Below are positions 25,711 to 37,457 of a stretch of DNA of 64,000 nt, piece by piece. The notes beneath the pieces are model-generated. The model made no database searches. It saw only the letters and a program-made list of their open reading frames with translations, and was not told the origin of the DNA. The position numbers and the translations under genes were made by a program. The DNA comes from Octopus sinensis. Taxonomy: Eukaryota. The stretch covers positions 61,566,001-61,630,000 of the forward strand of contig NC_043010.1 in assembly GCF_006345805.1 (NCBI RefSeq), given 5' to 3'. How positions within the stretch are numbered: the first letter of the stretch is position 1; every line of letters starts with the position of its first letter.

Positions 25711-25820
25711 TCATCCATCCACAAACATTTTCCAAGCTTTCCCACCATTTATAAACTCTCTTGCCTCTTTTACTCCAACACCTCTAACCACCAAAGCTTT
25801 CCTCACTCCATCCATCCACA
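25711..25820 (-). mobile_element. RTE-like LINE extreme C-terminus
   Basis: WMDGVRKALVVRGVGVKEARE...AWKMFVDG*. Confidence 0.5.
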
Positions 25821-26281
25821 CAAACTTGAAATAAACAAGGTAAAAATGGTTTGTCGAGAGTATTCCAGCCATGAGCATCCTGTCTAATTTAAAAGCAACC
25901 CAATTCATTTTAAAAATTAACTACAATCATTTAGTATTTTTTTTAAGCATCCTGCATTCTAAATGTGACCATCTCATCTATTTTTGCACCACTTGATAAC
26001 AGGTAGACTATACCCAAAAACTAATCATTTCATGAAATGGGTTTTTTTAAAAGAAAGAATCAAGAAAGACTCCATCCCTGGCGATCCCATGTCATAAACA
26101 CCTGTTGGGTATTCAACCATTCAGAAATGATAAGTCAGAGTTTCCTACACATCAGTAATCCACCTCCTTATATGGAAGATGCCAAGTGGAGTGAGGAACG
26201 AAAATGGTGACGAAACACTGCATTCCACCTTATTCCTTTATTTAAAACTACAACAATTAACACCAATCTCTCTCTCTCTCT

Positions 26282-26688
26282 TATTTCTTTATTGCCCACA
26301 GGGGGTTAAACATTAAGGGGACAAACAAGGATAGACAACGGGATTAAGTCGATTACATCGACCCCAGTGCGTAACTGGTACTTAAGTTATCGACCCTGAA
26401 AGGATGAAAGGCAAAGTCGACTTCAGTGGAATTTGAACTCAGAATGTAATGGCAGATTAAATACCTATTTCTTTACTACTCACAAGGGGCTAAACACAGA
26501 GAAGACAGACAAACAGATTAAGTCAATTATATCGACCCTAGTGCGTAACTGGTACTTATTTAATCGACCCCAAAAGGATGAAAGGCAAAGTTGACCTCGG
26601 CGGAATTTGAACTCAGAACGTAACGGCAGACGAAATACCGCGAAGCATTTCGCCCAGTGAGCTAATGATTCTGCTAGCTTGTTGCCTT
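26282..26688 (-). mobile_element. SINE family C tandem dimer
   Basis: 26461-26688 full copy plus 26282-26460 second unit. Confidence 0.85.
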
Positions 26689-27091
26689 TCTCTCTCTTTC
26701 TTATCTTACCTAAAGTTCCATTCCATGTTAAAACTAATACTCTTTATAAATATCTCAACTGACCTGTCACAGGGAAATAAAGATGTCACTTTCTCTCTTT
26801 GAACAAAAGATTTTATCCTCTGAAAACAGGACTATGGCTAACCAAAGAAAGTGTTTAAAAGGATAAACTTCTTTAGTTTGAGGCTGGTTTACATCACCAC
26901 AGAAGAATGGCAAGTCATTTTATTGGTGCTTAGAATTATTGGTCTAAAATTGACAGCATCCAATAAATAACAATTACTACAAGAAGTTGACTTTCTGGAC
27001 ACCGATGGTTTGACCGTCTTACAATCTGCAATAACTTACAAGCAGGACTAGTTTACTGGTACTATGCATAGTACAGTATTACAAAACTTGT

Positions 27092-27320
27092 ATCATCATC
27101 ATCTTTTAGCATCAGTTTTTCCATGGATTGGACAGTCTGACAGAGGCAGCACCAGGTTCCATTGTCTGCTTTGGCATGGTTTCTACAGCTGAATGCCCCT
27201 TCCTAACGCCAGCCATTCCACAGAGTGCACTGGGTGCTTTTTATGTGACACCAGCGCCAGTGTTTGTTACATGGCGCCAATACCAGTGCTTCATATGTGG
27301 GACCAGCATTGGTGCTGTTT
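27092..27320 (-). mobile_element. SINE-like family B, diverged
   Basis: Family match. Confidence 0.7.
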
Positions 27321-27577
27321 ACAGGACAGGGTTGTCAAGTATCTTCCAAGACAAAAAAAACCCCCTCAACTGGAAGGTGGGTGTAGCTTTGTGCCAGCTG
27401 AGATATTTAATGTACAGGGGGTATCATCTTTACAGGTACCTGTATTTTATTTTAATGCTTTAACTGAATTTATATTTGTTAAATTTAGAGATGACCACCC
27501 CTGCTTTGGTAAAAATGAGTGATATGGAAACGCTTTGGAACCAGAAGTTCTAGAAAATCAATGTTGTACATATGCCG

Positions 27578-27737
27578 AAACAGCTTGGCACCAGTGATGT
27601 CACAACTCATTTCTAGAGCTGAGTTAGCTGGAGCAACATGAGGTGGAGTCTTGCTCAAGAACACAACATGCAGCCCAGTCTAGGAGTCAAACTCACAACC
27701 TCGCGATCATAAGCTCGATGCTCTAACCACTGAGCTA
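27578..27737 (-). mobile_element. SINE family E
   Basis: Reverse match to 50812-50960. Confidence 0.7.
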
Positions 27738-27741
27738 TGTG

Positions 27742-27970
27742 TGGGCACATAAAAAGCACCATTTGAGTGTGCCCATTGCCAGTACCGCCTGACTGGCACG
27801 TAAAAGCACCCACTACACTCTTGGAGTGGTTGGCGCTAGGAAGGGCATCAAGCTGAAGAAACTCTGCCAGATCAAGATTGGAGCCTAGTGCAGCCATCTG
27901 GTTTGCCAGTCCTCAGTCAAATCGTCCAACCCATGCTAGGATGGAAAGAGGATGTTAAACAGTGATGATG
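27742..27970 (+). mobile_element. SINE-like family B
   Basis: Family match. Confidence 0.8.
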
Positions 27971-28074
27971 TTTGGTACTCCAGCTTCAATCCACTCCAAC
28001 TGACCATCATGAGATATGTCCTGAGATATTTGGACTTTTTGGGATGTCAGTGATATTGGTAATAATAATAATAA

Positions 28075-28270
28075 TTCTTTTTATAGAAGGCACAAGGCCT
28101 GAAATTTGTTGGGGAGGGGGACTAGTCAATTACATCAACCCCAGTGTTTTACTGGTACTTAATTTATCGACCCCAAAAGTATGAAGGGCAAAGTGGACCT
28201 CAGCAGAATTTGAACTCAGATCATGCAGACGGACAAAAATAATAATGCTTTCTTTAATTGCCGCTAAGCA
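28075..28270 (-). mobile_element. SINE family C, diverged
   Basis: Family match. Confidence 0.65.
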
Positions 28271-28384
28271 CTCACAAAAAAGAAATATTGTGGATGGACC
28301 AGGATAATACAATGTGGAGTGACATAAAGAAGCATGTAAATAATAAAAATGATAATATAAATTCTAACAATAACTTATAAGCTC

Positions 28385-28870
28385 AGAAGTGGCTATGTGG
28401 TAAGGCTGTAGTAGAAGACACTTGCCCAAGGTGCCATGCAGTGGGACTGAATCCGGAACCATGTGGTTGGTAAGCAAGCTACTTACCACACAGCCAATCC
28501 TGTGCCTATATATCTTTTATCTTCTATGTTCTACTTGTTTCAGTCATTGGATGGCGACCATGCTGGAGCACTGCTTTGAAGGGATTTTAGTTGAACAGGT
28601 TGACACCAGGTTTTTTTTTTAAACCTGGTAAGTATTCTATCACTCTCTTTTGGTGGACCACTAAGGGAGGTACATATATACATATACACATATATTTATA
28701 CATACATACACCCCTGACAACTGGTGTTGGTTTGTTTACATCCCTGTAACGTAATTCATCACAGATAGAATACCAGACATAAATACCAGGGTCAATTTAA
28801 TTGACTAAACTCTTCATAGCAGTGCTCCAGCATGGCCACAGTCGACTAAAGACTAAAGCAAGGAATAAAA
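28385..28870. mobile_element. Cluster of SINE family A fragments in both orientations
   Basis: Family match. Confidence 0.7.
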
Positions 28871-28917
28871 ATATATAAGAACAGCATTTAAGGGCAAGGC
28901 CTCCGGTGCGGGCCCCT

Positions 28918-29496
28918 TGTTGAGACAATAGGTAAAGGAATTCACCCCGTGTACACAGCTGCCCTACCTACCTATTTCTTTACTACCCACAAGGGGCTAA
29001 ACACAGAGAGGACAAACAAACGGATTAAGTCGATTATATCGACCCCAGTGCGTAACTGGTACTTATTTAATCGACCCCGTAAGGATGAAAGACAAAGTTG
29101 ACCTCGGCGAAATTTGAACTCAGAACGTAGCGACAGACGAAATACCGCTAAGCATTTCGCCCGGCGTGCTAAGGTTTCTGCCAGCTCGCCGCCTACTACC
29201 TACCATTAACATAGGTAGCTACCCTACCTACCATTAACTAGTGAGGCTAGAGTCAAACGATCTTTTAATTAAAGTGAAAAAACTGGTCACTGATAAAAGT
29301 GGTGGTGGTCAGTGTTGGCGAGACACTGACAATAAAATAAGATGAATGTAATGTTGTGTGTGTGTCGTAAGGAAGGGAAATTTTGATGGTTCGATCAGAG
29401 CTTTCGTGACAAGCTTGAATAGGGAGAGCAGAGTTACGTCCCTTGTTCCTCGCCTGTCGTCTGCTTCTTCCAATCCAACATTTTTGGCGCCGAACA
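28918..29496 (+). mobile_element. LTR of an LTR retrotransposon plus tRNA-Lys-like PBS, interrupted by a SINE-C
   Basis: TGTTG...CAACA termini (28918, 29480); GATAAAAG, TCAGT, AATAAA in LTR order; TGGCGCCGAACA at 29485. Confidence 0.6.
28971..29193 (-). mobile_element. SINE family C, well preserved, inside the LTR
   Basis: GGCGGCGAGCTGGCAGAA head. Confidence 0.9.
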
Positions 29497-29721
29497 AGTA
29501 GACTTACGACCGTATATCGTTGGTCAGTCGGTCAACGACTGGACTTCGTTAACACATTGCCCAAATTATGTATCCAAAAGGAGGAAATAAGTGTATGCAC
29601 GATTCAGAAGTGACTTGAACATAAATTGGCAAACTAAGGTAGGTTGAGTATCTCTAAGTCTCCCTCCTTCTTTACCCCCCCCCCCACTGCATTACCGATT
29701 CCGTTGTTTAATTGTATAGAC

Positions 29722-30390
29722 CAATGGTTCTTAATCCCCTCCCTTTTTTTAACCTATAGGCCCCTTTTATTTCTGTTTTACTCAGGTGGACCCTCATAGC
29801 CATTTGATGTTTAAAAAACCCTGTTTAACTCTTCTACTTGTTTCAGTCATTTGACTGTGGCCATGCTGGAGCACCGCCTTTAGTCGAGCAAATCGATCCC
29901 AGGACTTATTCTTTGTAAGCCTAGTACTTATTTATTGGGTCACTTTTGCTGAACCGCTAAGTTACGAGGGCGTAAACAGACCAGCATTGGTTGTCAAGCG
30001 ATGGTGGGGGGACAAACACAGACACCCAAACATATACACACACACATATATATATATATATATACACATATATACGACGGGCTTCTTTCAGTTTCCATCC
30101 ACCAAATCCACTCACAAGGCTTTGGTCGGCCCGAGGCTATAGTAGAAGACACTTGCCCAAGGTGCCACGCAGTGGGACTGAATCCGGAACCATGTGGTTG
30201 GGAAGCAAGCTACTTACCACACAGCCACTCCTACGCCTATAAATTACTAGAAATCATATTTTTAAAAAATTGTTAAAATATTTTGTGTATTGTAAAAGTA
30301 AAACCGATTCATTACACATAAGTTTTAAGAACAAAATTATAAATGTCCCCCCCTCCCAAGGGCCATATGAACCCCATCTGAGGACCACTG
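29722..30390. mobile_element. hAT (Charlie-like) MITE containing a SINE-A
   Basis: Ends CAATGGTTCTTA / TGAGGACCACTG; degenerate 8-bp TSD GTATAGAC / GTGTACAT. Confidence 0.6.
29827..30239 (-). mobile_element. SINE family A, full length, nested in hAT MITE
   Basis: Best-preserved copy; tRNA-like head; internal (TA)/(CA) tract. Confidence 0.9.
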
Positions 30391-30689
30391 GTGTACATAA
30401 TCATCGTTGGTTTAACGTCTACATTTCCAGAGTTGTACACAAGCTTGCTGTATATGTGTGTGTGTGTATGCATTAGTATAAGTGTGTGTGTGTGTCTCTC
30501 TCTTTTGCTGAAGTTTTTAAGCAAGAAAACTAACAAATTGATGTCTTTCAAATTTTGTCCCCTGTTGAAATGTTTCTGAACTAAATGACAGAAACTCTCT
30601 TGTCACTAACACAGTCAAAAAAACAGGGAACCATGGATGGCCTAATGGCAACCTCTAACCAACAATACTATGAAACACCAATTGTGACA

Positions 30690-31202
30690 TCTATATATAT
30701 AAAACTGTAGTTGTGTGAGTGTCTGTCCCCTTCGATTTAGATTCCTAACTACTCCCACATTTTGCGGTGCAGTTTAACCAAATTCGAGTATCTTATAGTC
30801 GTGATTCATATCGAGCCCGTCTGGCTATTAGCGCGCGTCTACGGTGAGTCTACGATTTTAAAAATAATTTAACATAATTTTTTATTCCATTTTAATGCAT
30901 AATTTTTCGTGTGTCAATGGCGGCGGAGTTGGCGTCCATGCTCACACCTGCACCTGTTTGCTTGTCCCCCTTCTTCCCTCCCTCGTGAAGCTGTGGGGAA
31001 GGGAGTGTAAGGAAATCAACGTCGTGAAGCGTTGTCAAGGAGACCAGCGTTCTTTTAGAACAACGACTTCATGGCTTGAAGACACCAAAACAGAAATGGG
31101 TAAGAAAGCCCAAATTGGCATCTATAAGGGAAGTAACTCTCTAAAAATGCTTATATAGTTATTTCCCTTACAAACCCGAGCAACGCCGGGCGATATTGCT
31201 AG
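30690..31202 (+). mobile_element. Non-autonomous Helitron, copy 1
   Basis: A|TC 5' end; subterminal CCCG-AGCAACGC-CGGG hairpin; CTAG 3' end. Confidence 0.85.
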
Positions 31203-31572
31203 TCTTTATATATAAAAGTAAGGTTGTGTGCTGACTGTCTCCTACGATTTAGATTCCTAACTACTTCCACATTTTGCGGTGCAGTTTAACCAAAACCGGG
31301 TATCTTATAGTCGTGATTCATATCGAGCCCTTCTGGGTATTAGCACGATTTACCATCAATTTTTCCCATTTTTAATGCATTTTTGGCATATATAAGGGAA
31401 GTAACTCTCTAAAAATTTATTAATAAATCTCAGAACGTAAAAAGCTACAGTAACACAACCCCCCCCCTTTGTGGTTAGCCATATTGAGATGGCTATTATA
31501 CTTTACATCTCTAAAAATGCTTATATAGTTATCTCCCTTACAAACCCGAGCAACGCCGGGCGATACTGCTAG
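31203..31572 (+). mobile_element. Non-autonomous Helitron, copy 2, head-to-tail with copy 1
   Basis: TC start abuts the previous CTAG; same hairpin; CTAG|T end. Confidence 0.85.
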
Positions 31573-31865
31573 TAAAATAAATAAAGCTGGATGTGTTTCT
31601 GTATATTCCTGGATGGCCATCTCTGCTAATTTACATAACTCTTATCTGTTTAATCCTATAAATCTATGAGTGGAATGCTTGTGAGTCTCTACAGTGAGTC
31701 ACAAGATGAAAAGAAGAATTTATAAGCCAAATACATCCAAAATGTTTTGAAACAGCCACAAAAGTTATACATTAGAGGAACGGACAAGGAGAGTTGCTTC
31801 TTTAATGAAAATTCCAGTTAAACCATACCCACATACATGCAATACACACACACGTGTGTGTGCAT

Positions 31866-32070
31866 ATCATTATCATTTTACATCCGTTTTCCTTGCTGGT
31901 ATGGGTTGGACAGTTTGACAGTAGCTGGCAAACCCAGGAACTGCACCAGGTTCCAGTCTGCTTCTGGGATGCTTTCTACAGCTGAATGCCCTTCCTAACA
32001 CGCCAACCACGTCACAGAGTGTACTGGGTGCTTTTTACATGGTACCATCATTGCTGTCTTTTATGTGAAA
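31866..32070 (-). mobile_element. SINE-like family B, diverged
   Basis: Family match. Confidence 0.7.
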
Positions 32071-32164
32071 TAGTGATTTGGAATCCAAGCAGGTACCTTA
32101 TTAGCACTTTGATATAATCCAGATCTGGCTACCACATTGAATGATAGGGAGCATATAGAGAATT

Positions 32165-32268
32165 ATTCTTTTTATTTATTTCAGTCATTTGATTGTGGCC
32201 ATGCTGGAGCACTGCCTTTAGTTGAACAAATCGACCCCAGGACTTATTCTTAGTAAGCCTATTCTTTG
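32165..32268 (-). mobile_element. SINE family A, 3' tail
   Basis: Family match. Confidence 0.7.
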
Positions 32269-32620
32269 TAACCCACTCAAACTTGTACAAGTCATTTTTC
32301 CCTATTTTTGAAAGAAGGTGGTTACATAATGTTCGTTTAAAGTCAGTAGAACATGAACCTATTAAATAATTAGAAATACCATCAGCTGTTACTGTACAGC
32401 AATAAACTTGGTATTTTCTGAGGGCTTGCCTGTCTAATAGACATGTTATACTAATTTGCTCCTACAGTTACAATAATGCTTATTAACAGTGACCCTATGC
32501 TTGCTATTGGCAAAAGTATAATTTTGAATATTACGTATCACTCTATGGAGATTATTGGTTTTGTTATAGATTATTAAATTAGGTGTTATTGGGGTCTTTA
32601 GTCGGTTCATATCGATAAGT

Positions 32621-32965
32621 GAGGTGCAATGGCAGCGGACTCGCGGTTTCGATTCCCAGACCGGGCATTGTGAGTGTTTATTGAGCGAAAATACCTAAAG
32701 CTTCACGTGGCTCCTGCAGGGGGTGGTGGTGAACCCTGCTGTACTCTTTCACAACTTTCTCTCTCTTTCTTCCTGTTTCTGTTGTACCTGTATTTCAAAG
32801 GGCCAGCCTTGTCACACTCTGTGTCACGCTGAATCTCCTCGAGAACTACGTTAAGGGTACACACGTCTGTGGAGTGCTCAGCCACTTGCACGTTAATTCA
32901 ACGAGCAAGCTGTTCCGTTGATCGTATCAGCTGGGACCCTCATCGTCGTAACCCAGGGAGTGCTC
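32621..32965 (+). mobile_element. tRNA-derived SINE family D
   Basis: Matches the 48774 and 53622 copies. Confidence 0.85.
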
Positions 32966-33399
32966 CTATATCATATTGATATCAGTGTGGTTTGGGCTCA
33001 GTTACCTCCCTTACACTATCTTCTGTATACGTTCCCGCTTATTGCTGCTAGCCAAAACAGATGTTCATTATCCCAATATAATCATTTTTATTATGTCCTG
33101 CCTTATCCATAGTTATGTCTCATTACTAGTTATATTATCACTATTTGTATTGCTGCTATTATTTGTGTTTATTAGGTTCATTCAAATGAATTTTCTAATT
33201 CTGTTAAAACTGTGTGCTGCAATAATTTGGATTAGATTCTTAGTGGTCGAAAAAGCAAAATTAACTGTTGCCGATTGAAAAACTGTATTCTTCTAGATGG
33301 TGGTAAGTGCCAATCTAACACAGTGAAAAATTTTGCAGGTATATATGTGGCTATGTGGTTCCTGAAGACTGCATTAAACCATAATATATGTCTAGATCT

Positions 33400-33689
33400 G
33401 TGGAGACGCAATGGCCCAGTGGTTAGGGTAGCGGACTCGCGGTCGTAGGATCGCAGTTTCGATTCCCAGACCGGGTGTTGTGAGTGTTTATTGAGCGAAA
33501 ACACCTAAAGCTCCACAAGGCTCCAGCAGGGGGTGGTGGCGATCCCTGCTGTACTCTTTCACCACAACTTTCTTCTATTGGCCTGCTTGCTTAGCCAGCG
33601 GGGTGGTGTCATTTGAAGGCTAAAACAATGTGAAGCGCATTGTGACCAGCGATGTGTAGCAACATCTGATAGCCTGGTCGGTCACGGTG
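33400..33689 (+). mobile_element. Chimeric SINE: family D head with family E-type tail
   Basis: 14-bp TSD ATATGTCTAGATCT at 33386 and 33690. Confidence 0.85.
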
Positions 33690-34014
33690 ATATGTCTAGA
33701 TCTAGCTTCCCTTTTCGTTGGGTTTTACCCACCCGCATGGGTAAAACCTTGAACAAAGCTGCATAGAAACGTCTCCCTTATTGACTGCAACTAATTTCAA
33801 TTTAAATTAACTAAATGCACAGCATCAAAGGATAATAGGACACTTACCCAGCAGAAACACATGGATTAGAATTTGATGAGAATAAATCTTTAGTAAATGA
33901 ATTTTGAAAATGTATAATTCTCCATTCTTCTTTACAATGTATATCATTATATAAAACAGTTGGATTCAGTCCCATGTAAAAGCGATTTTATTGTAACTAA
34001 ACATAAAAACAAAT

Positions 34015-34400
34015 ATGTTCTGAATTCAAATTCCGCCGAGGTCAACTTTGTCTTTCCTCCTTTCAGGGTCAATAAAAAAAAAAGTACCAGTTGAATACTG
34101 GGGTTGATGTAATTGACTCATCCCCACCTCCCCCAAGCTGCCCTCGGGACAAAAATTTGAAATTATTATTATTATTAAGGCAGTGAGCTGGCAGAACTGT
34201 TAGCATGCCAGGCGAAATGCTTAGTGGTGTTTTGTCTGTTTTCACATTCTGAGTTCAAATTCCACCAGGGTTGACTTTACCTTTCATCCTTTCAGGGTCA
34301 ATGAATTGAGTACCAGTTGTGTACTGGGGTCAATCCAATCGACTAGCCCCTTCTCCCCAAAATTACTGCCCTTATGGCAAAATTTGAAACCATTATTATT
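34015..34400 (+). mobile_element. Two tandem SINE family C copies separated by (ATT)n
   Basis: Family match. Confidence 0.8.
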
Positions 34401-36325
34401 ATTAAACCAGTATTACAAATTATGAACCTGTCATGTCCAGAATGCTCCCAATCCAATAAAACAAAATATTCATTAGACACAGCTGGAAGTGTGTAGCCCA
34501 AGTTCTAAAGAAATAAAGAAGCCAACATCTGTCCCAGGGAGCAGGAAAAAAAAAAAGAAAAACATTGACACATTGTCTTCTTGAGTAAAACACTTCATTT
34601 CATGCTGCTCCAGTCCACTCAGCTGTAAATGTGTACCAGTGACATAGGTGAAGCCTAACACATACACATACACATATATATGAGAGAGAGAGAAAGCGAG
34701 ATTATGAATGCTTCCAGAATTATAGCACTTGATTGGTATTGAAAAGCCAAGAGACAAAGAGCAGGCTTATGTAGATTAATAACACAGAATATAGAATGTA
34801 AGCGAGAGAAAGGAGGTTCAGTTAGGTTGTTAAGAACTGAGTGTACAGATATGTATATGAGTGGGATCATGGGAAAGCGAGACAGGGAGCTAGTGTAGAG
34901 GTGAAAGGGTACAAGGTGATTTGAATGGAGAAAGAATCTGGAAATTAAGATGAGAACAAAAGGTCAAAAGACACAGAAGTTGGTGTTTAATCCAAGGTAG
35001 GACTCGACCAATTCATCAAAATGTATTTGTACTCATGAGTGCAAGGAGAGAAAAGTTTTTAATGTGGAGATGAGGAAAAGCCCTAACTGAAGGTAGTTCT
35101 TCAGGATAATAATCTTCCTTGCCAAACATGTCTGCATTCTCTTGCTGTTAAAGTAATGGTGGCCTGAACCCCTTTCAAATGATCTCCAGCTGATTTTATA
35201 TGTTACAGCTTTTTCCTTCAATAACCACATATTCCAAGCTAACATTGTGGCCACTATGCCTATCCTCCATTTTAAATCTAGTTTGTTGTTGTCTGGATAT
35301 GAAGGGGTCTTCTATTGTCAAGACATATCAGTCATTGTGACATTCTGTTGGTGTCCTTAAGCACTATTATTGCTTCATACAATGGCCTCTGCATTAACCA
35401 TTCTTTAGGCCTGCCCTATTAACTCGGCATAAACAGCTTGTCCCTTTGTCTGGACTATTAACTTATATTGGTTCATCTCCAGCCAAATAAGACCTTTAGA
35501 CTATGTCGATTGAAAATCTCTCTATACTTGTATTGCATTGTCAAAAGCTTGTCTATTAAACTGAGGAAGGTCCTATCTTCACGTTAAGGAGTGCAAACCA
35601 GATGGCCTTACAGTGGCACTTTCTTCCAGGGAAGGCATGGTTGCATATATGATATGATCCTTAAACCTGCTGATAGTCAAGGCACCACTGCATAGATGAT
35701 CCCCTCACAAGAGGATAAGCTGGAGATCCTGTCACTGAAGCCCTTCGTGAGGTTTTTGAACAATATGGTACAAAGCTGTGTTAATGTGTCAGCTTTTCAT
35801 TTGGTCTGTAAAATTTGTGTACAAATCTAGTGTTGCATCAAAAGAATTAACCACTGTCAGGTTAATCTCTTACATAACCCTGACTCCTAGGGAATTAAGT
35901 GTTTGGAAATGCCCAAGGCATCATTCCTATAGAAGTTAGAGGAAGTCTAGAATTAAAAGGCTTATGAGATCAACGATGTCTATGCCATCATCACCACATT
36001 GAACAGTCCATTCATTTGACTCAAACTAATCCCTTGTTGAGGCAGGGTTCCCCTGGTGTGAAGTTATCCCTGTATCCTTATCATTGTCAGTCAATAGAGA
36101 GTTAAGTAAATTTAAGTCCCTTTGAAATAGCTGGATAAAAATCCACAATATCAAATCGGGTAAACCTTACCGTCTCTAACACAATTGGCAACACAGCTGT
36201 TGTGCCATAGGAGAGATTCTCCTCATGTCATTATTGATCTCCTGAGCAGATGTTTACACACTAAAATCGATCTCTAATCAACAAACACTTGGAGTTGAAA
36301 GCAAACTTCGATTTATGATCTTTAA

Positions 36326-36957
36326 CCCCTTAGCTTTCACATTCTTTCAAATTAATCATGGATTATCTTGTAGCTTCAAGATTTTGACAACAGATTGTTT
36401 ATATTTAAAATGACATTGTAGGGTAGGTGTGAGAGGCCAGATCCAGCTGGTTTAAACATAAGACACATAAAATATTTCGGTCTGGTGGCACATAAAAAGC
36501 ACCATCCGAACGTGGCCGTTGCCAGCGCCGCCTCGACTGGCTTCTGTGCCGGTGGCACATAAAAAGCACCATCCGAATGTGGCCGATGCCAGCGCCGCCT
36601 CGACTGGCTTCTGTGCCGGTGGCACATAAAAAGCACCATCCGACCGTGTCCGATGCCAGCGCTGCCTTGGCTGGCTTCCGTTCCGGTGGCACGTTAAAAG
36701 CACCAACCGATCGTGGCCGATGCCAGACCCTCCTAGCACCTGTGCAGGTGGAACGTAAAAAGCACCCACTACACTCGTGGAGTGGTTGGCGTTAGGAAGG
36801 GCATCCAGCTGTAGAAACACTGTCAGATCAGACTGGAGCCTGGTGCAGCCCCTGGCTTCCCAGACCCCGGTCATACCGTCCAACCCGTGCTAGCGCGGAA
36901 AACGGACGTTAAACGATGATGATGATGATGATAACTGTTTTAAATGCTAAAAGATTG
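36326..36957. mobile_element. piggyBac-like (TTAA-CCC) MITE inside the PLE, carrying a SINE-B
   Basis: TTAA|CCCCTTAGC left end; degenerate ATGCTAAAAG right end. Confidence 0.4.
36484..36932 (+). mobile_element. SINE-like family B with internal 62-67-bp tandem units and (ATG)n tail
   Basis: Units start at 36484, 36551, 36618, 36685, 36747; body TTGGCGTTAGGAAGGGCATCCAGCTGTAG. Confidence 0.9.
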
Positions 36958-37457
36958 TTACAAAATTCTTTACCCCCATCATCCTTATCTAAATTAACAG
37001 CTGCTCTGTTAGGTTTCCCTACTGATGCTGATGTAAACCCGATCGAATATCCCCTTAGTAGTGTATCCCAGTTCTCATTTCCTACCCTGTATAAGCCTTC
37101 AGTCTCATCGGATTAGAACAAAGACTTCTCTGAATTTTGTCATCTGCTTGTGTCAGAGCTAAACTTATGTTAGAAGGAGACGGAGAACTTACAGACTTTC
37201 AGTCTGGATATGAGAACCAAGCAGTCAGTTTGAAAGGTTTCCAATTTTCCTTGGTCCTGAGTGAGACTCTTCAAGACTTAATCCCAAAATACTCAGAATC
37301 TGTGAGTGGTTGTGTGCAGTCATAATAGAAGGCAGCTTTCCATCTCTTGTCCCTGATGAGGTCATTCATCTTCTCTAGCAGCTTCCTTTGTATAAAGTTC
37401 GTTTGAAGGAGTTGGTATATTTTTGGTGGAAAAATACCAAGATTATACAAATCCGTA

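Larger units (their letters stand above)
35040..37440 (-). mobile_element. Decayed Penelope-like element ORF (N-terminal region, RT, GIY-YIG-type C-terminus) with nested insertions
   Basis: Collinear motifs STKNIPTPS, RWKAAFY, LKDHK, FDIVDFYPAIS, FYRNDALG, FLSLIDK..IFNRHSLKV, WLLKEK..YKISW..CLARKIIIL; many stops and frameshifts. Confidence 0.8.

Noticed and set aside
33400-33475. tRNA gene candidates at SINE-D, -A and -E heads
   Set aside because: A/B boxes present but they run into repeat bodies with TSDs and lack a complete cloverleaf.
36484-36770. CRISPR-like repeat-spacer appearance
   Set aside because: The 'spacers' are homologous to each other, the array is internal to a dispersed eukaryotic repeat, and there are no cas genes.
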